DNA of 61,005 nt from a virus (taxonomy: Duplodnaviria; Caudoviricetes): positions 1-61,005 of the IMG/VR virus record IMGVR_UViG_3300046796_000499; one strand, written 5' to 3'. The notes below the pieces were generated by a model. It saw only the letters and a list, made by a program, of their open reading frames with translations, was not told the DNA's origin and did not search any database. Below are positions 36,987 to 45,411 of this stretch, in pieces (the stretch's first letter is position 1; the number at the start of each line of letters is the position of its first letter). The position numbers and the translations under genes were made by a program.

Positions 36987-37534
36987 ATAGGTGTCTCTTT
37001 CCGGGGCGCGTAGCCCATTTTTAGAAGCGTTTCCCGGTGCCAGGGGCTCAGCCCCTCGGTACCATGGCTGTCAGCATAGCACACCAGAGCCTCCCGGCAG
37101 CCCTTGGAATCCTCCCAGAACGCCCGGATCGTGCGGACGGACCCGGTTGCCCCATCGAGCTGGGGACGCCGGAGGATCCACGCCACGGGCCCGAGCACCC
37201 CCTTTCGAGTCCGGAACGGGGTGTCGTCTCCCGGGCGCTCCTGCCCGAGCACCTTTCGCCCGGGCCCGAGCCGGAGGTAACCGACCAGCTCGGCCGTCCC
37301 GAGCCAGCCCTGGGCCTGACAACGCAAGGAAAGCCGCAAGCCGTCCCGGGGCAGCTTGACCCCCAGGCCCTCGAGCAACCACCACGCCTCCCAGAGCTCG
37401 CCCCCCACTATGCCGATCCGCTTGCCGAGCAGGGAGTGCGGCGGGCAAAGATCGGTATTGGCCACCTCGAGCTCCCCTGAGAGGATCGCCCAGGCCCAGG
37501 GCTGGGGCAGGGCCAAGCCGTGCGTCACGCTCAT
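36983..37534 (-). CDS. Divergent ASCH-like protein
   Basis: GLALPQPWAWAILSG...GKRIGI...GWLGTAELVG...GPVAWIL; lacks the GxKxxExR motif. Confidence 0.55.
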   Translation of the reverse strand: MSVTHGLALPQPWAWAILSGELEVANTDLCPPHSLLGKRIGIVGGELWEAWWLLEGLGVKLPRDGLRLSLRCQAQGWLGTAELVGYLRLGPGRKVLGQERPGDDTPFRTRKGVLGPVAWILRRPQLDGATGSVRTIRAFWEDSKGCREALVCYADSHGTEGLSPWHRETLLKMGYAPRKETPI

Positions 37535-37536
37535 TT

Positions 37537-38136
37537 TCAGCCCCGCAGCGCCTCCTCGATTACGTTCGCGCCGATGACTCCGCCCACCGTCGCATAATCG
37601 AGCGCCTTGCGAATCCGCTCCCGAATCCGCTCCGCCTCTGCTTTGCCCACCTCCGCCGCCGGCACGATCCGTAGCCCCGGCTGGACCAGCTCGCACCCCG
37701 GACACATCAGCGGCGTGAACGCGATCCCGCACTCGCACTCGCACAGATCCGGCTCGGGGGTCTCGGTCGTCCCCGCCGAGCGCCGTGCTTTCAGCTCCCG
37801 GAGCCGGATCGCCTCGTCCTGGGCGCTGTTGTAGGAGCGGCGGAGATCCACCATCGCCTCCACCGGATCCCGGCCCTCCTCGATGTCCGCGCCCAGCCCC
37901 GCCGCGTCGATGAGCCGCTCCGCCAGCGTGGGTGGCCTACGCGGCGCCAGCGGCGCGTCGTACTCGTCCACGAGCTCAGAGCACGGCACCTCGAACGGAT
38001 CGGCCTTCGGATCCCAGGGCCACTCGTACTGGACCGCCGCCAGGTTCTGGCCGTCCTTGGTGCGCAGCGCCTTGACCGTCCCGAACCCGTCCGCCCGCCG
38101 GTGAAATACTCTCTGGCCTAGTCTCAGATCGGTCAC
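37537..38136 (-). CDS. Hypothetical protein (SH3-like N-terminus, Cys cluster)
   Basis: LGQRVFHRRADGFGTV; CECECG..CPGC. Confidence 0.55.
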   Translation of the reverse strand: MTDLRLGQRVFHRRADGFGTVKALRTKDGQNLAAVQYEWPWDPKADPFEVPCSELVDEYDAPLAPRRPPTLAERLIDAAGLGADIEEGRDPVEAMVDLRRSYNSAQDEAIRLRELKARRSAGTTETPEPDLCECECGIAFTPLMCPGCELVQPGLRIVPAAEVGKAEAERIRERIRKALDYATVGGVIGANVIEEALRG

Positions 38137-38477
38137 GGCTTCAACGCCTCCTCGTCCAGATCCTGGGGGTTGGAGTGAAACTCGATCACCTCTTCCAACA
38201 TCTCCTGGTCCACCCCCGGTTGCCCCATCAGGGTCGCCTGGGTCGCCTCCACCCCGAGGATATACATCTGTTTGAGCGCCTCCCGAAGGTGCGACACGTC
38301 GACCAGCATCGCCTGCTGGAAGGGTGAAATCAGCTCGGTGCCCTCCTCCGCCGTCACGTCCAGGGTGGTTCTGCCCTTCGGCTCCACGAGCGCGCGGATC
38401 ACCGCGTTTCTAAGGACACGCCAGGCGAGCGCGTCGAACGCTTCAATTTGCCGCGTGATGTCGGGTCTACCTTCCAT
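38133..38477 (-). CDS. Hypothetical protein
   Basis: GAAAGGTGAGG RBS. Confidence 0.6.
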   Translation of the reverse strand: MEGRPDITRQIEAFDALAWRVLRNAVIRALVEPKGRTTLDVTAEEGTELISPFQQAMLVDVSHLREALKQMYILGVEATQATLMGQPGVDQEMLEEVIEFHSNPQDLDEEALKP

Positions 38478-38748
38478 GGCCTCACCTTTCGGAGTCGAAT
38501 GTCCACCTTCACCTCGGCCAGCGCCAAGAGCGCCACGCGCCGAGCCTCCCACCAAATCCAGAGGTGACAGAGCCCGAACCCCCACCAGGCGCGCCGCGGG
38601 GTCATCACCTCGAGCGCGATAGTGTGGCCCTCGAACCGCACCGTAACGTTGAGCCCGGGGAACCGATCCCGCACCATCCCGAGCACCCGCAAGGCGCCGA
38701 GCTGCCGCATGCCGCGCGATTTGCCCACGGCCAGGTGGAGCGGGTGGA

Positions 38749-38886
38749 TCACCGCCGCACCAGATAAATCCCCACGCAAATAGCCAACTGCAGGAGCACC
38801 GCCGCCACCAGCCAGTTCACCTGCCACTCGAGGCGCGCGATCCGCCCCTCCAGCTCCTTGACCCAGTACACGTGGCTTTCTTTCAT
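38749..38886 (-). CDS. Small coiled-coil protein with one TM segment
   Basis: LEGRIARLEWQVNWLVAAVLLQLAICVGIYLV. Confidence 0.5.
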   Translation of the reverse strand: MKESHVYWVKELEGRIARLEWQVNWLVAAVLLQLAICVGIYLVRR

Positions 38887-39464
38887 CGCCTCACCTTGAT
38901 GGGTTCGGGCTCCCAGAGCGAGCGCCACCACTCGCCGATCCCCGAGGCGCTCGCCAGCCCCTCACGCTGCTTTTTGGTGGCGCCCTTCCATTCGGCCTCG
39001 TCCCCCACGAGCTCGGCCGCGCGCTTGATCGAGAGCGCGATGCCCTCGGCCCGCGGCAGGCGCCCCGGGATGCCCGCTCGCCGGCGCTGCCGGGCCTGCC
39101 AGGTGCTCGGGGAGACCTGGAACAGGTGCAGGTCCTTGCGTGTCCAAGTCTTGTCGCTGTGATGCATGATGGCCCCGAGCCAGCCGAGGCTCATCCCCTG
39201 CCGAAAGCTCATCTCGAGCACGCTCCCGGCCATCCCCAGGTTTCCGATATACTGGCCCTCCACCACCGCCACGCATGCCTCCACCGTCCGGAACAGCGCC
39301 ACCAGCGCCTCCGGATCGTACGCGTGGCAGAACGCGCACGGCACCAGTTGCCAGGGATACCAACCGAGCGCCCACCCATCCGCCCCCGGATCGATGGAGA
39401 CGAAAGGCACGTTGTCGAACCGCGCGCGCTGGTCGGCCTGCTTGTAGTCGAGCCGCTGGATCAC
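38883..39464 (-). CDS. RuvC-like Holliday junction resolvase
   Basis: VSIDPG, AVVEGQY, VSPSTWQ motifs. Confidence 0.7.
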   Translation of the reverse strand: MIQRLDYKQADQRARFDNVPFVSIDPGADGWALGWYPWQLVPCAFCHAYDPEALVALFRTVEACVAVVEGQYIGNLGMAGSVLEMSFRQGMSLGWLGAIMHHSDKTWTRKDLHLFQVSPSTWQARQRRRAGIPGRLPRAEGIALSIKRAAELVGDEAEWKGATKKQREGLASASGIGEWWRSLWEPEPIKVRR

Positions 39465-39778
39465 GGGAGCTCTTTCCCTTTCTGGGCCTCTGAAGGCCAA
39501 CACCGAAAACACACCCGGTCCGCCCGGTTCTGCGCTGCCGGATCCGCCGGATGCCAACAGCGCTCGCTCAGTCTGACATTCCACCCGCACAGTTTGCAAG
39601 GCCGGGCGAATTTCCTCACCCGTCCGCGCGCCCAGAGCTGCAGCCCCGTCCCCACCGCCGCCTGGGCCATCGGCACGCCCTTTACCGTCACCCGCTCCAC
39701 CAGGGCGGGCCTCGGGGTGAGCTTCACCTCGGGCGGCTGCAGCGCCATCCCCCGCGGCTCCAGCCGCGCCCGCTTCAC
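39461..39778 (-). CDS. Hypothetical Zn-finger protein
   Basis: CKLC...CFRC; coupled starts and stops. Confidence 0.45.
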   Translation of the reverse strand: MKRARLEPRGMALQPPEVKLTPRPALVERVTVKGVPMAQAAVGTGLQLWARGRVRKFARPCKLCGWNVRLSERCWHPADPAAQNRADRVCFRCWPSEAQKGKELP

Positions 39779-39987
39779 TCCCGCCCCACCGTGAGGGGGT
39801 GCTTGCAGGGGGCCACGTTGCCCGACCGCAGCGCGTAGCCGTAGAACACCCGGGTAGACCCGCAGCGTTCGCACTCGCACCGCCAGCGCGCGCCGTTGCC
39901 CCCCACCACCCGCCCGAGCACCTTCCAGCCGCCGTAGAGCTTGCCCGTCTCGTCCTTGAATGCCCAGTCCTGGCCGATGCGGCTCAC
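39775..39987 (-). CDS. Stand-alone Cys-rich domain like the N-terminus of HNH/AP2 homing endonucleases
   Basis: KDETGKLYGGWKVL...WRCECERCG...LRSG..PC. Confidence 0.55.
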   Translation of the reverse strand: MSRIGQDWAFKDETGKLYGGWKVLGRVVGGNGARWRCECERCGSTRVFYGYALRSGNVAPCKHPLTVGRE

Positions 39988-40331
39988 TGCTGCCACCGGC
40001 CGATCTTCAGCCGCACGTCCACCCACACCCCCGCCGGCAGCACGTGGACGGACAGACTCTCGGCGGTGGTGTCGGCGGTGAGCGCCGCTCGGCCTTTCAG
40101 CTCGGTCAGGATGCGGAGCTCGAGCGCCTGGCGGAGCCGATCGGCAAACGTGCCACCCGCCGCCGCGCTCTCGGCCTCGGCTTGCTCGAGGAGCCTCTCC
40201 AGGTGCTCTCGGGCTTGCTCGGTCCAGAGCTCCCAGGACGGGCTGCGGCCCTCCTCCGGCAGCACCTTGGCTCGCTCCAGGTGTTCGCGGATCCGGGACA
40301 GATCTCCCTCGCTCAGCCGCTCGGTGCTCAC
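39984..40331 (-). CDS. Hypothetical protein
   Basis: GTGA-coupled, GGAGG RBS. Confidence 0.5.
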   Translation of the reverse strand: MSTERLSEGDLSRIREHLERAKVLPEEGRSPSWELWTEQAREHLERLLEQAEAESAAAGGTFADRLRQALELRILTELKGRAALTADTTAESLSVHVLPAGVWVDVRLKIGRWQQ

Positions 40332-40912
40332 TCGTCCTCCGCGTCGGCAAAGCTCCGCTGGGCCGTGGGGGTTTTCCGCCAGCCCTCGGCCGCGGGCGGC
40401 CGGGTCATCCTCCGCAGCCAGACGGGCAACACCACCGTGTCCCGCCCAAAATGCTCCGCCCAGCCCCGCAGCCAATTGCTGTAACTAGGGCACGGCTCGG
40501 GCAGCCTGCAGCAGTACTGCTCGAGCAGCCACGAGCGCAAATTGGCCGCGTCGTCAATTCGCTGATGCTGCTCGAGCAGTCGGAGCACTCCCGCCACGGT
40601 CAGCAGGCGCCCCTGGACTTTGGCCTCGATGTCCAGGACCGCCGAACGCCAGGAGCCCAGCAACTGCAGTTGCTTCTTGTCCTCCGTGCTGATCTTCTCT
40701 CCCCGATCCTGCTTTCGGAACGCCTGCCAGAGCTCCTGATCGGTCTGGATCAGTTCCTCCGGTCGCGCCGGCAGCCCCGGCCAGCGCCACTGGTCGAGAC
40801 TTGCTAGCAGCGCGTCGGCGTTGGCCAGGAGCGCCTCCTCCGTCAGGCGGGAGCTGATGGGTTGCGGTCCCGGTGAGGTCCCGGATCCGGTCCTGTGTTG
40901 CTCGGTAGCCAT
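40328..40912 (-). CDS. Hypothetical protein in the helicase-loader position
   Basis: AGGAG RBS; follows the replication initiator gene. Confidence 0.55.
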   Translation of the reverse strand: MATEQHRTGSGTSPGPQPISSRLTEEALLANADALLASLDQWRWPGLPARPEELIQTDQELWQAFRKQDRGEKISTEDKKQLQLLGSWRSAVLDIEAKVQGRLLTVAGVLRLLEQHQRIDDAANLRSWLLEQYCCRLPEPCPSYSNWLRGWAEHFGRDTVVLPVWLRRMTRPPAAEGWRKTPTAQRSFADAEDE

Positions 40913-41414
40913 CGGTGTCTCCTTCCTTCAATTGCGCTTGGGCCATGATCCGCAGCTCGTGGAGCGGGTCGTGGTCGGTCAACCTGGTCCCCGCCAGCTC
41001 GATGAACTGCTCCACCTTGGTGCCATTTCTGAAAATGAGCTCCAGCTGGTCGAACGTCTTACCGTCCTTGTTTTCCCCGGTGTGCCAGCTCGATGCCGCG
41101 CACCCGTCGATCGCCCGAAAGAGCTGCTCGACCGAGTATCCCTCTTTCAGCCGCGCCCGGACCTTGGAAATCCGATCGGGGGTGAGCCGGGCGCCCTTCT
41201 TGTCACACGTCCGCTTCCAGTAGCCGAAAACTGCCTGGACCTGGGGCCCGAGCCGATCTGGCTTGGCTTCTATTTCCCCCACTTCCAAATTGCCATCGAG
41301 CGCGCGCAGTTGCTTCTGTAGGAGCAGCCCGGCGCCTGAAGGGTCGTGTGGGAATTTTTTTACGTATTCGTAGGTGATGCGGGTGAGCTCCTGCACCACG
41401 TCCCGAGGCTTCAC
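40554..41414 (-). CDS. Replication initiator-like protein (conserved phage C-terminal domain)
   Basis: VFGYWK...LTPDRISKVRARLKEGYSVEQLFRAIDGC..S.WH.G.N....FDQLELIFRN; the last ~120 codons overlap the next gene. Confidence 0.65.
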   Translation of the reverse strand: MKPRDVVQELTRITYEYVKKFPHDPSGAGLLLQKQLRALDGNLEVGEIEAKPDRLGPQVQAVFGYWKRTCDKKGARLTPDRISKVRARLKEGYSVEQLFRAIDGCAASSWHTGENKDGKTFDQLELIFRNGTKVEQFIELAGTRLTDHDPLHELRIMAQAQLKEGDTDGYRATQDRIRDLTGTATHQLPPDGGGAPGQRRRAASKSRPVALAGAAGATGGTDPDRSGALAGVPKAGSGREDQHGGQEATAVAGLLAFGGPGHRGQSPGAPADRGGSAPTARAASAN

Positions 41415-41432
41415 CTCGGGAACCTCGCCCGA

Positions 41433-42095
41433 TCAGAACGGAATGTCGTCATCGTCCACCGCGTGAGGGGGCACCCGCGCCGGGGGCTCCTCGAACCCGT
41501 CGTCCTGATACTCGTCCCCTCCCGCCGGCACGGCATCGCTCGGATCCACCGCATCGTCCTCGGGATTGCGCGAGCTCCGCTGGCTCCGGACCGCCTGCTG
41601 GGCCAGGTATTCCTCCGCCCAGACGTGCCAGGTCTCCACCCAGTTCTTTTGGAACACGAACTGGCCGATCTCGTTATTGGCGTACTGGCCCCGATTGTCC
41701 GCCCGCACCTCGGCCGCGAACGGCACGCGCTGAAAGAGTCGCCGGATGTTGTCGTCCCCCTCCGCGTCCAGCTCCTCGTCCTGATGGCCTTGGGCATCGA
41801 GCCCCCCGAGCTCGAAATCCGACTCCTCGATCCCGCACGCGTCTTTCCAGATCTGCCAGCGCGTCACCGTCCCCGGGCGGCCGAAATCGAGGTTCATCAG
41901 GGTGAAAAACGCTTCGCCCTTGCACCGCCCGCCGATGATCTCGAGCTTGATGTTCAGGTATGGCTTGCCGCCCTCGCGGCTCGTCCGCCGCTGAAACCAG
42001 GTGAGGGCCATCAGATAAGTCCCCGCCCGGACCAGCTTGCGCTCGCTGCTGCTGCCGCCTCCGCCGCTCCGGCCTCCGCCGCCGAGCCGCGCCAT
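41433..42095 (-). CDS. Single-stranded DNA-binding protein (DUF669-like)
   Basis: OB-like core LVRAGTY...GKPYLNIKLEI; acidic tail ending DDDDIPF. Confidence 0.75.
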   Translation of the reverse strand: MARLGGGGRSGGGGSSSERKLVRAGTYLMALTWFQRRTSREGGKPYLNIKLEIIGGRCKGEAFFTLMNLDFGRPGTVTRWQIWKDACGIEESDFELGGLDAQGHQDEELDAEGDDNIRRLFQRVPFAAEVRADNRGQYANNEIGQFVFQKNWVETWHVWAEEYLAQQAVRSQRSSRNPEDDAVDPSDAVPAGGDEYQDDGFEEPPARVPPHAVDDDDIPF

Positions 42096-43174
42096 TACTT
42101 GCTCCCTCGCTTCTTGCGCGTGCGGGCCGCGGGCGCTGGGGCTGAGCCCACGAGGTCGCGCGCCGCCTGGGCGCCGTCCTCGGCTGCCTGCTCCGCCGCC
42201 TTGGCCTCGGCGGGCTCCTCGAGCGCCTGCTGGGCGAGCGCCTTGGCCTCCACTACCAGACCGGACACGGTCGCCGCCAAGCTCTCGGAGCTCGGCGCCG
42301 GAGCGGTCGGCAGGGGGGTTTTGAGCGCGCCCCGGATCGCCTGCACCCAGAGCCCGAAGTCCGCCACCTCATGGTTCCGCAGCGGCCGGCAGGGCTTGAG
42401 CAGCAGGTATTCCGGGCCCACCGTCATCACGCCATAGGAGATTTGGATCTCTTTTTTCTTGCCCGCTTCCGGATCGGGCCGCACCTCGCGCCGGTAGGCG
42501 TAGGCCGTCAGGTTCACCGCCCCCGAGAGCACCGCCGGCAGCTTGCGCATCGGCATCGCCGGCTGGATGCTCCGGCGCTTGTCCTCCCCCTCGCCCACCT
42601 CCCGATCGTCCTCCTGACAGAGAAAGAGCTTGTGGACGGGCGCGTCCCGCAAGCCAAAGATCACGTTTTTGCAGCGGTCCCCGAGCACGTTCCAGTAGCG
42701 CTCGGAATCGACGGGCAACCCATCCTTGCCCATTTTGGGCGGGCTCTGCCGACGGATCTCCTCCTCCACCAGCCGCATCACATCACTCATCGAGTCCACC
42801 ACCACGGTTTCCGGCCACGCCTCCACCGGTAGCTCGAACGTGATCTCGCGCTCGGCGTGCCCGAGGTGGTCGCGCTTGGCGTTGCCATCCGCGTCGCGGA
42901 TGTACTCGAACGTCCGAAACGGCTCGGTTTTCGGCCCCCGCAAGGCGCGCAGCACCGCCCGGCAGTCGTCCAGCGTTTCCATGAAAATCACCGGAGGCAC
43001 CGCCACCCCGAGCCGCGCCGCCGCCTGGCGGATCGCCAGCATCCCCTGCCGCTCGCTCAGCAAGTGTAGAGGCCTCGGCGCCGACACCCCGAGGGTGGTT
43101 TTACCGCTGCCGCTCTTGCCGTACACGAGCGCCGACAACCACGCCTCGTCCTCGGTCTGGTCTAACCGTTGCAC
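42095..43174 (-). CDS. Sak4-like / AAA_24 ssDNA annealing ATPase
   Basis: LVYGKSGSGKTT, TVVVDSMS; located between the exonuclease and SSB genes. Confidence 0.8.
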   Translation of the reverse strand: MQRLDQTEDEAWLSALVYGKSGSGKTTLGVSAPRPLHLLSERQGMLAIRQAAARLGVAVPPVIFMETLDDCRAVLRALRGPKTEPFRTFEYIRDADGNAKRDHLGHAEREITFELPVEAWPETVVVDSMSDVMRLVEEEIRRQSPPKMGKDGLPVDSERYWNVLGDRCKNVIFGLRDAPVHKLFLCQEDDREVGEGEDKRRSIQPAMPMRKLPAVLSGAVNLTAYAYRREVRPDPEAGKKKEIQISYGVMTVGPEYLLLKPCRPLRNHEVADFGLWVQAIRGALKTPLPTAPAPSSESLAATVSGLVVEAKALAQQALEEPAEAKAAEQAAEDGAQAARDLVGSAPAPAARTRKKRGSK

Positions 43175-43287
43175 TGTTCTTTCCCTTTCCTGGCCCCGTC
43201 GTGGGCCGAGCGTTGCACCTTACCGCATGAGGCGGAACGGCGCCAAGCGCGTGTACAGGTTGCCCCCATCCCCCCCCAGGGTGTGGG

Positions 43288-43956
43288 TCAGTTCAGACCG
43301 GGCAAGCGTTGCTGCCGGCTGTCCTCGATCGCCTCGTTCAAGGCCTCGAGCGCTGCCTTGACGTCATCGCGCGCGCCCTTTTTCTCCTCGATGTTCTCCG
43401 CCTTGGCGTCGCTCCACTCGCCCCAGCGCACCGTGCAGGCATCGAGCTTTTCCCGATACGCCGCGAGCTCCACCACCCCCACGGGCAACGGTGCCTCGAT
43501 CGCGTTGGTAAACGCCGCCTCCGCGCCCTTCACCCGCTGGCCGCACTCGGTCGAAACCCGGGCCTTTTTTTCGAGCGCTCCCGTCCACTTGCCATGGGCT
43601 TTTTGAATCGATTTGAGCAGCTTGCTGGCGTCCGCATCGCCCGATTCCCCGCGCGCCTGCAGCTCCGCCGAGCGTACCCGCACCAGCCGCTGGGGCTTGG
43701 TCTCCTTGGCCGGTGCCGCTGCCTTCTTTTTGGCGGCTCGGCTCGCCTTGGTCTCGGGTGCCTTGGCCTGGGTTTTCCCCTTCTTGCTCGCCTTGCCGTC
43801 GCCGTTCTTGCTGCCCGGGGGGCGGCCGAGCTTGCGCTTGGGGGCTGCCTCTGGGGCGCCCGGCACCGGCTCGTCCTCGAGCTCAGAACGGGTCAGGGGC
43901 TGGACGAGAGACAGATTGCGCGCTCCATTGTTCAATTCCGAATCCGCCATCACCAT
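43288..43956 (-). CDS. Basic AT-hook protein with C-terminal coiled coil
   Basis: KRKLGRPPGSK plus a histone H1-like K/A/P stretch; GAGGAG RBS. Confidence 0.6.
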   Translation of the reverse strand: MVMADSELNNGARNLSLVQPLTRSELEDEPVPGAPEAAPKRKLGRPPGSKNGDGKASKKGKTQAKAPETKASRAAKKKAAAPAKETKPQRLVRVRSAELQARGESGDADASKLLKSIQKAHGKWTGALEKKARVSTECGQRVKGAEAAFTNAIEAPLPVGVVELAAYREKLDACTVRWGEWSDAKAENIEEKKGARDDVKAALEALNEAIEDSRQQRLPGLN

Positions 43957-45220
43957 GATCGAGCTCCTCGTGGCGAGTCGTTGCCACCCGAAATGCCGCC
44001 CGCGCCTCCGGATCTTCCGGCGAGGCACAGACCCCTGCATATACGCATTTAGGGCTGCCCGGTCCAGTGCAGGCATAGGGGTTTCGGGTGCGGAGCGTCG
44101 GGTCCCGCTCGGCCGCGCGGATCGCCTTGGCCTCCACCCACATCTCTTGGCGCCAGCGCTCGAGCTCGGCGGGCCCGCGGAAAAACTCGAACTGCTGAAA
44201 ATAGGGGTTGGCCTTGGCCTCGAGCGCCGCCAGGCGCGCCCGCTGCTTGTCGGTGACCGGTTGGTGCCGCTCCCGCACCTGCTCGTCCAGCGCCCGCTGG
44301 TAGACCCGGGGCAGGGTGTCGATGTCCGCCGCGGAGACCTCGCCCCGGTTCACCTCATCCTGCTCCTGGGCGTGGTAGAGCCGGGAGAGAGGGGTATCGA
44401 GCGCCGCCGCCTTGGCCGCCATCCGCAGCTGGTTCACGCTCGGGACTCCCGGCTTGGCCCGCCGCGACACGTTGAACCGGATTAGCCCCGCCGTGCTGCG
44501 CCAGATGGCCGCGCGCTCGCGCTCCATCAACCCGCGCACCGCGGGGGTGGTTTGGTTCCAGAATCCGCTCCCCCAGCCCGCAACGGAAACGCGCGCGAGC
44601 AGCACCTGTAGCGCCCGGAGGTAGCCCGTCGGCTGGGTGAGCAGCTGCAGCCGGCCCTCGTAGGTCTGCACCGCATAGCCCGAGGTCTTGTGCTCATCGA
44701 GCAAGATCTGCGAGGCCCGCCGATCCCAGAGCACCAGATCCATCTTGCCGTTTTGGTGCAGGTGGCCCCCCTGGCCCGCACGCGTGGGGATCGGCACGTC
44801 GAACCGGGCCTCGATGGCGAGCGGCACCAGGTCCAGGTCCTCCTGCCGCCGCTCGAAATAGTGCACCGTTGCCCACTGAGCGATTTCGGTCTGCTCGGTC
44901 AGCTCCTCGAGCGCCTGCTGCTGCCGGTCGCCTTCTGCCTCGGTCTCGAGCCGGGTCCGGTGCTCGGCGCTCGCCTGGTGGATCGCCAGCATCGCCCCCG
45001 AGCACGCCCGGTGCAATCGGTCGGTCGTGGATAGCTCGAGCTCGCTCCAGGCTGCCCGCCAGCCCGCGTCACAGCCGAGGTGATAGAGCGTGCCATAGGA
45101 GAGCTCCAAGGGCTGCTCGAGGGGCCGGAGGAGCTCCGCATCGCGGTAACCCCAGTACGCCCGACATTTTCTGAAATCCTCGATCTCGCTGTTGGTGATG
45201 ACGTGTAGATGCCGCCTCAT
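43883..45220 (-). CDS. PD-(D/E)XK exonuclease (RecB/Cas4-like)
   Basis: ITNSEI..F.KC, YGTLYH, GKMDLV, LDEHKT, Q...Y and C-terminal C..C..C motifs. Confidence 0.8.
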   Translation of the reverse strand: MRRHLHVITNSEIEDFRKCRAYWGYRDAELLRPLEQPLELSYGTLYHLGCDAGWRAAWSELELSTTDRLHRACSGAMLAIHQASAEHRTRLETEAEGDRQQQALEELTEQTEIAQWATVHYFERRQEDLDLVPLAIEARFDVPIPTRAGQGGHLHQNGKMDLVLWDRRASQILLDEHKTSGYAVQTYEGRLQLLTQPTGYLRALQVLLARVSVAGWGSGFWNQTTPAVRGLMERERAAIWRSTAGLIRFNVSRRAKPGVPSVNQLRMAAKAAALDTPLSRLYHAQEQDEVNRGEVSAADIDTLPRVYQRALDEQVRERHQPVTDKQRARLAALEAKANPYFQQFEFFRGPAELERWRQEMWVEAKAIRAAERDPTLRTRNPYACTGPGSPKCVYAGVCASPEDPEARAAFRVATTRHEELDHGDGGFGIEQWSAQSVSRPAPDPF

Positions 45221-45411
45221 TTAACGCTTCCATTCTTGGGCACATAGGTCACCAGAAACGGCCCGATCCGCAGCGCCCGCCGTAGCCCCTGCCGAATGCT
45301 GAACGCCTCGCGCCCGCGCTCCACCCGCTCCACCGCCAGCCCTGGGCCCAGGTCCCACAACCGGACCCAGCGGCAGCCGTCCCGGAACAGACCGCTCCGG
45401 CTCCAGAGCAT
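45217..45411 (-). CDS. Hypothetical protein
   Basis: Coupled small ORF. Confidence 0.45.
   Translation of the reverse strand: MLWSRSGLFRDGCRWVRLWDLGPGLAVERVERGREAFSIRQGLRRALRIGPFLVTYVPKNGSVK

Noticed and set aside
43883-45220. Cas4-like nuclease as evidence for CRISPR-Cas
   Set aside because: No array or other cas genes; the Sak4/SSB context indicates a recombination exonuclease.
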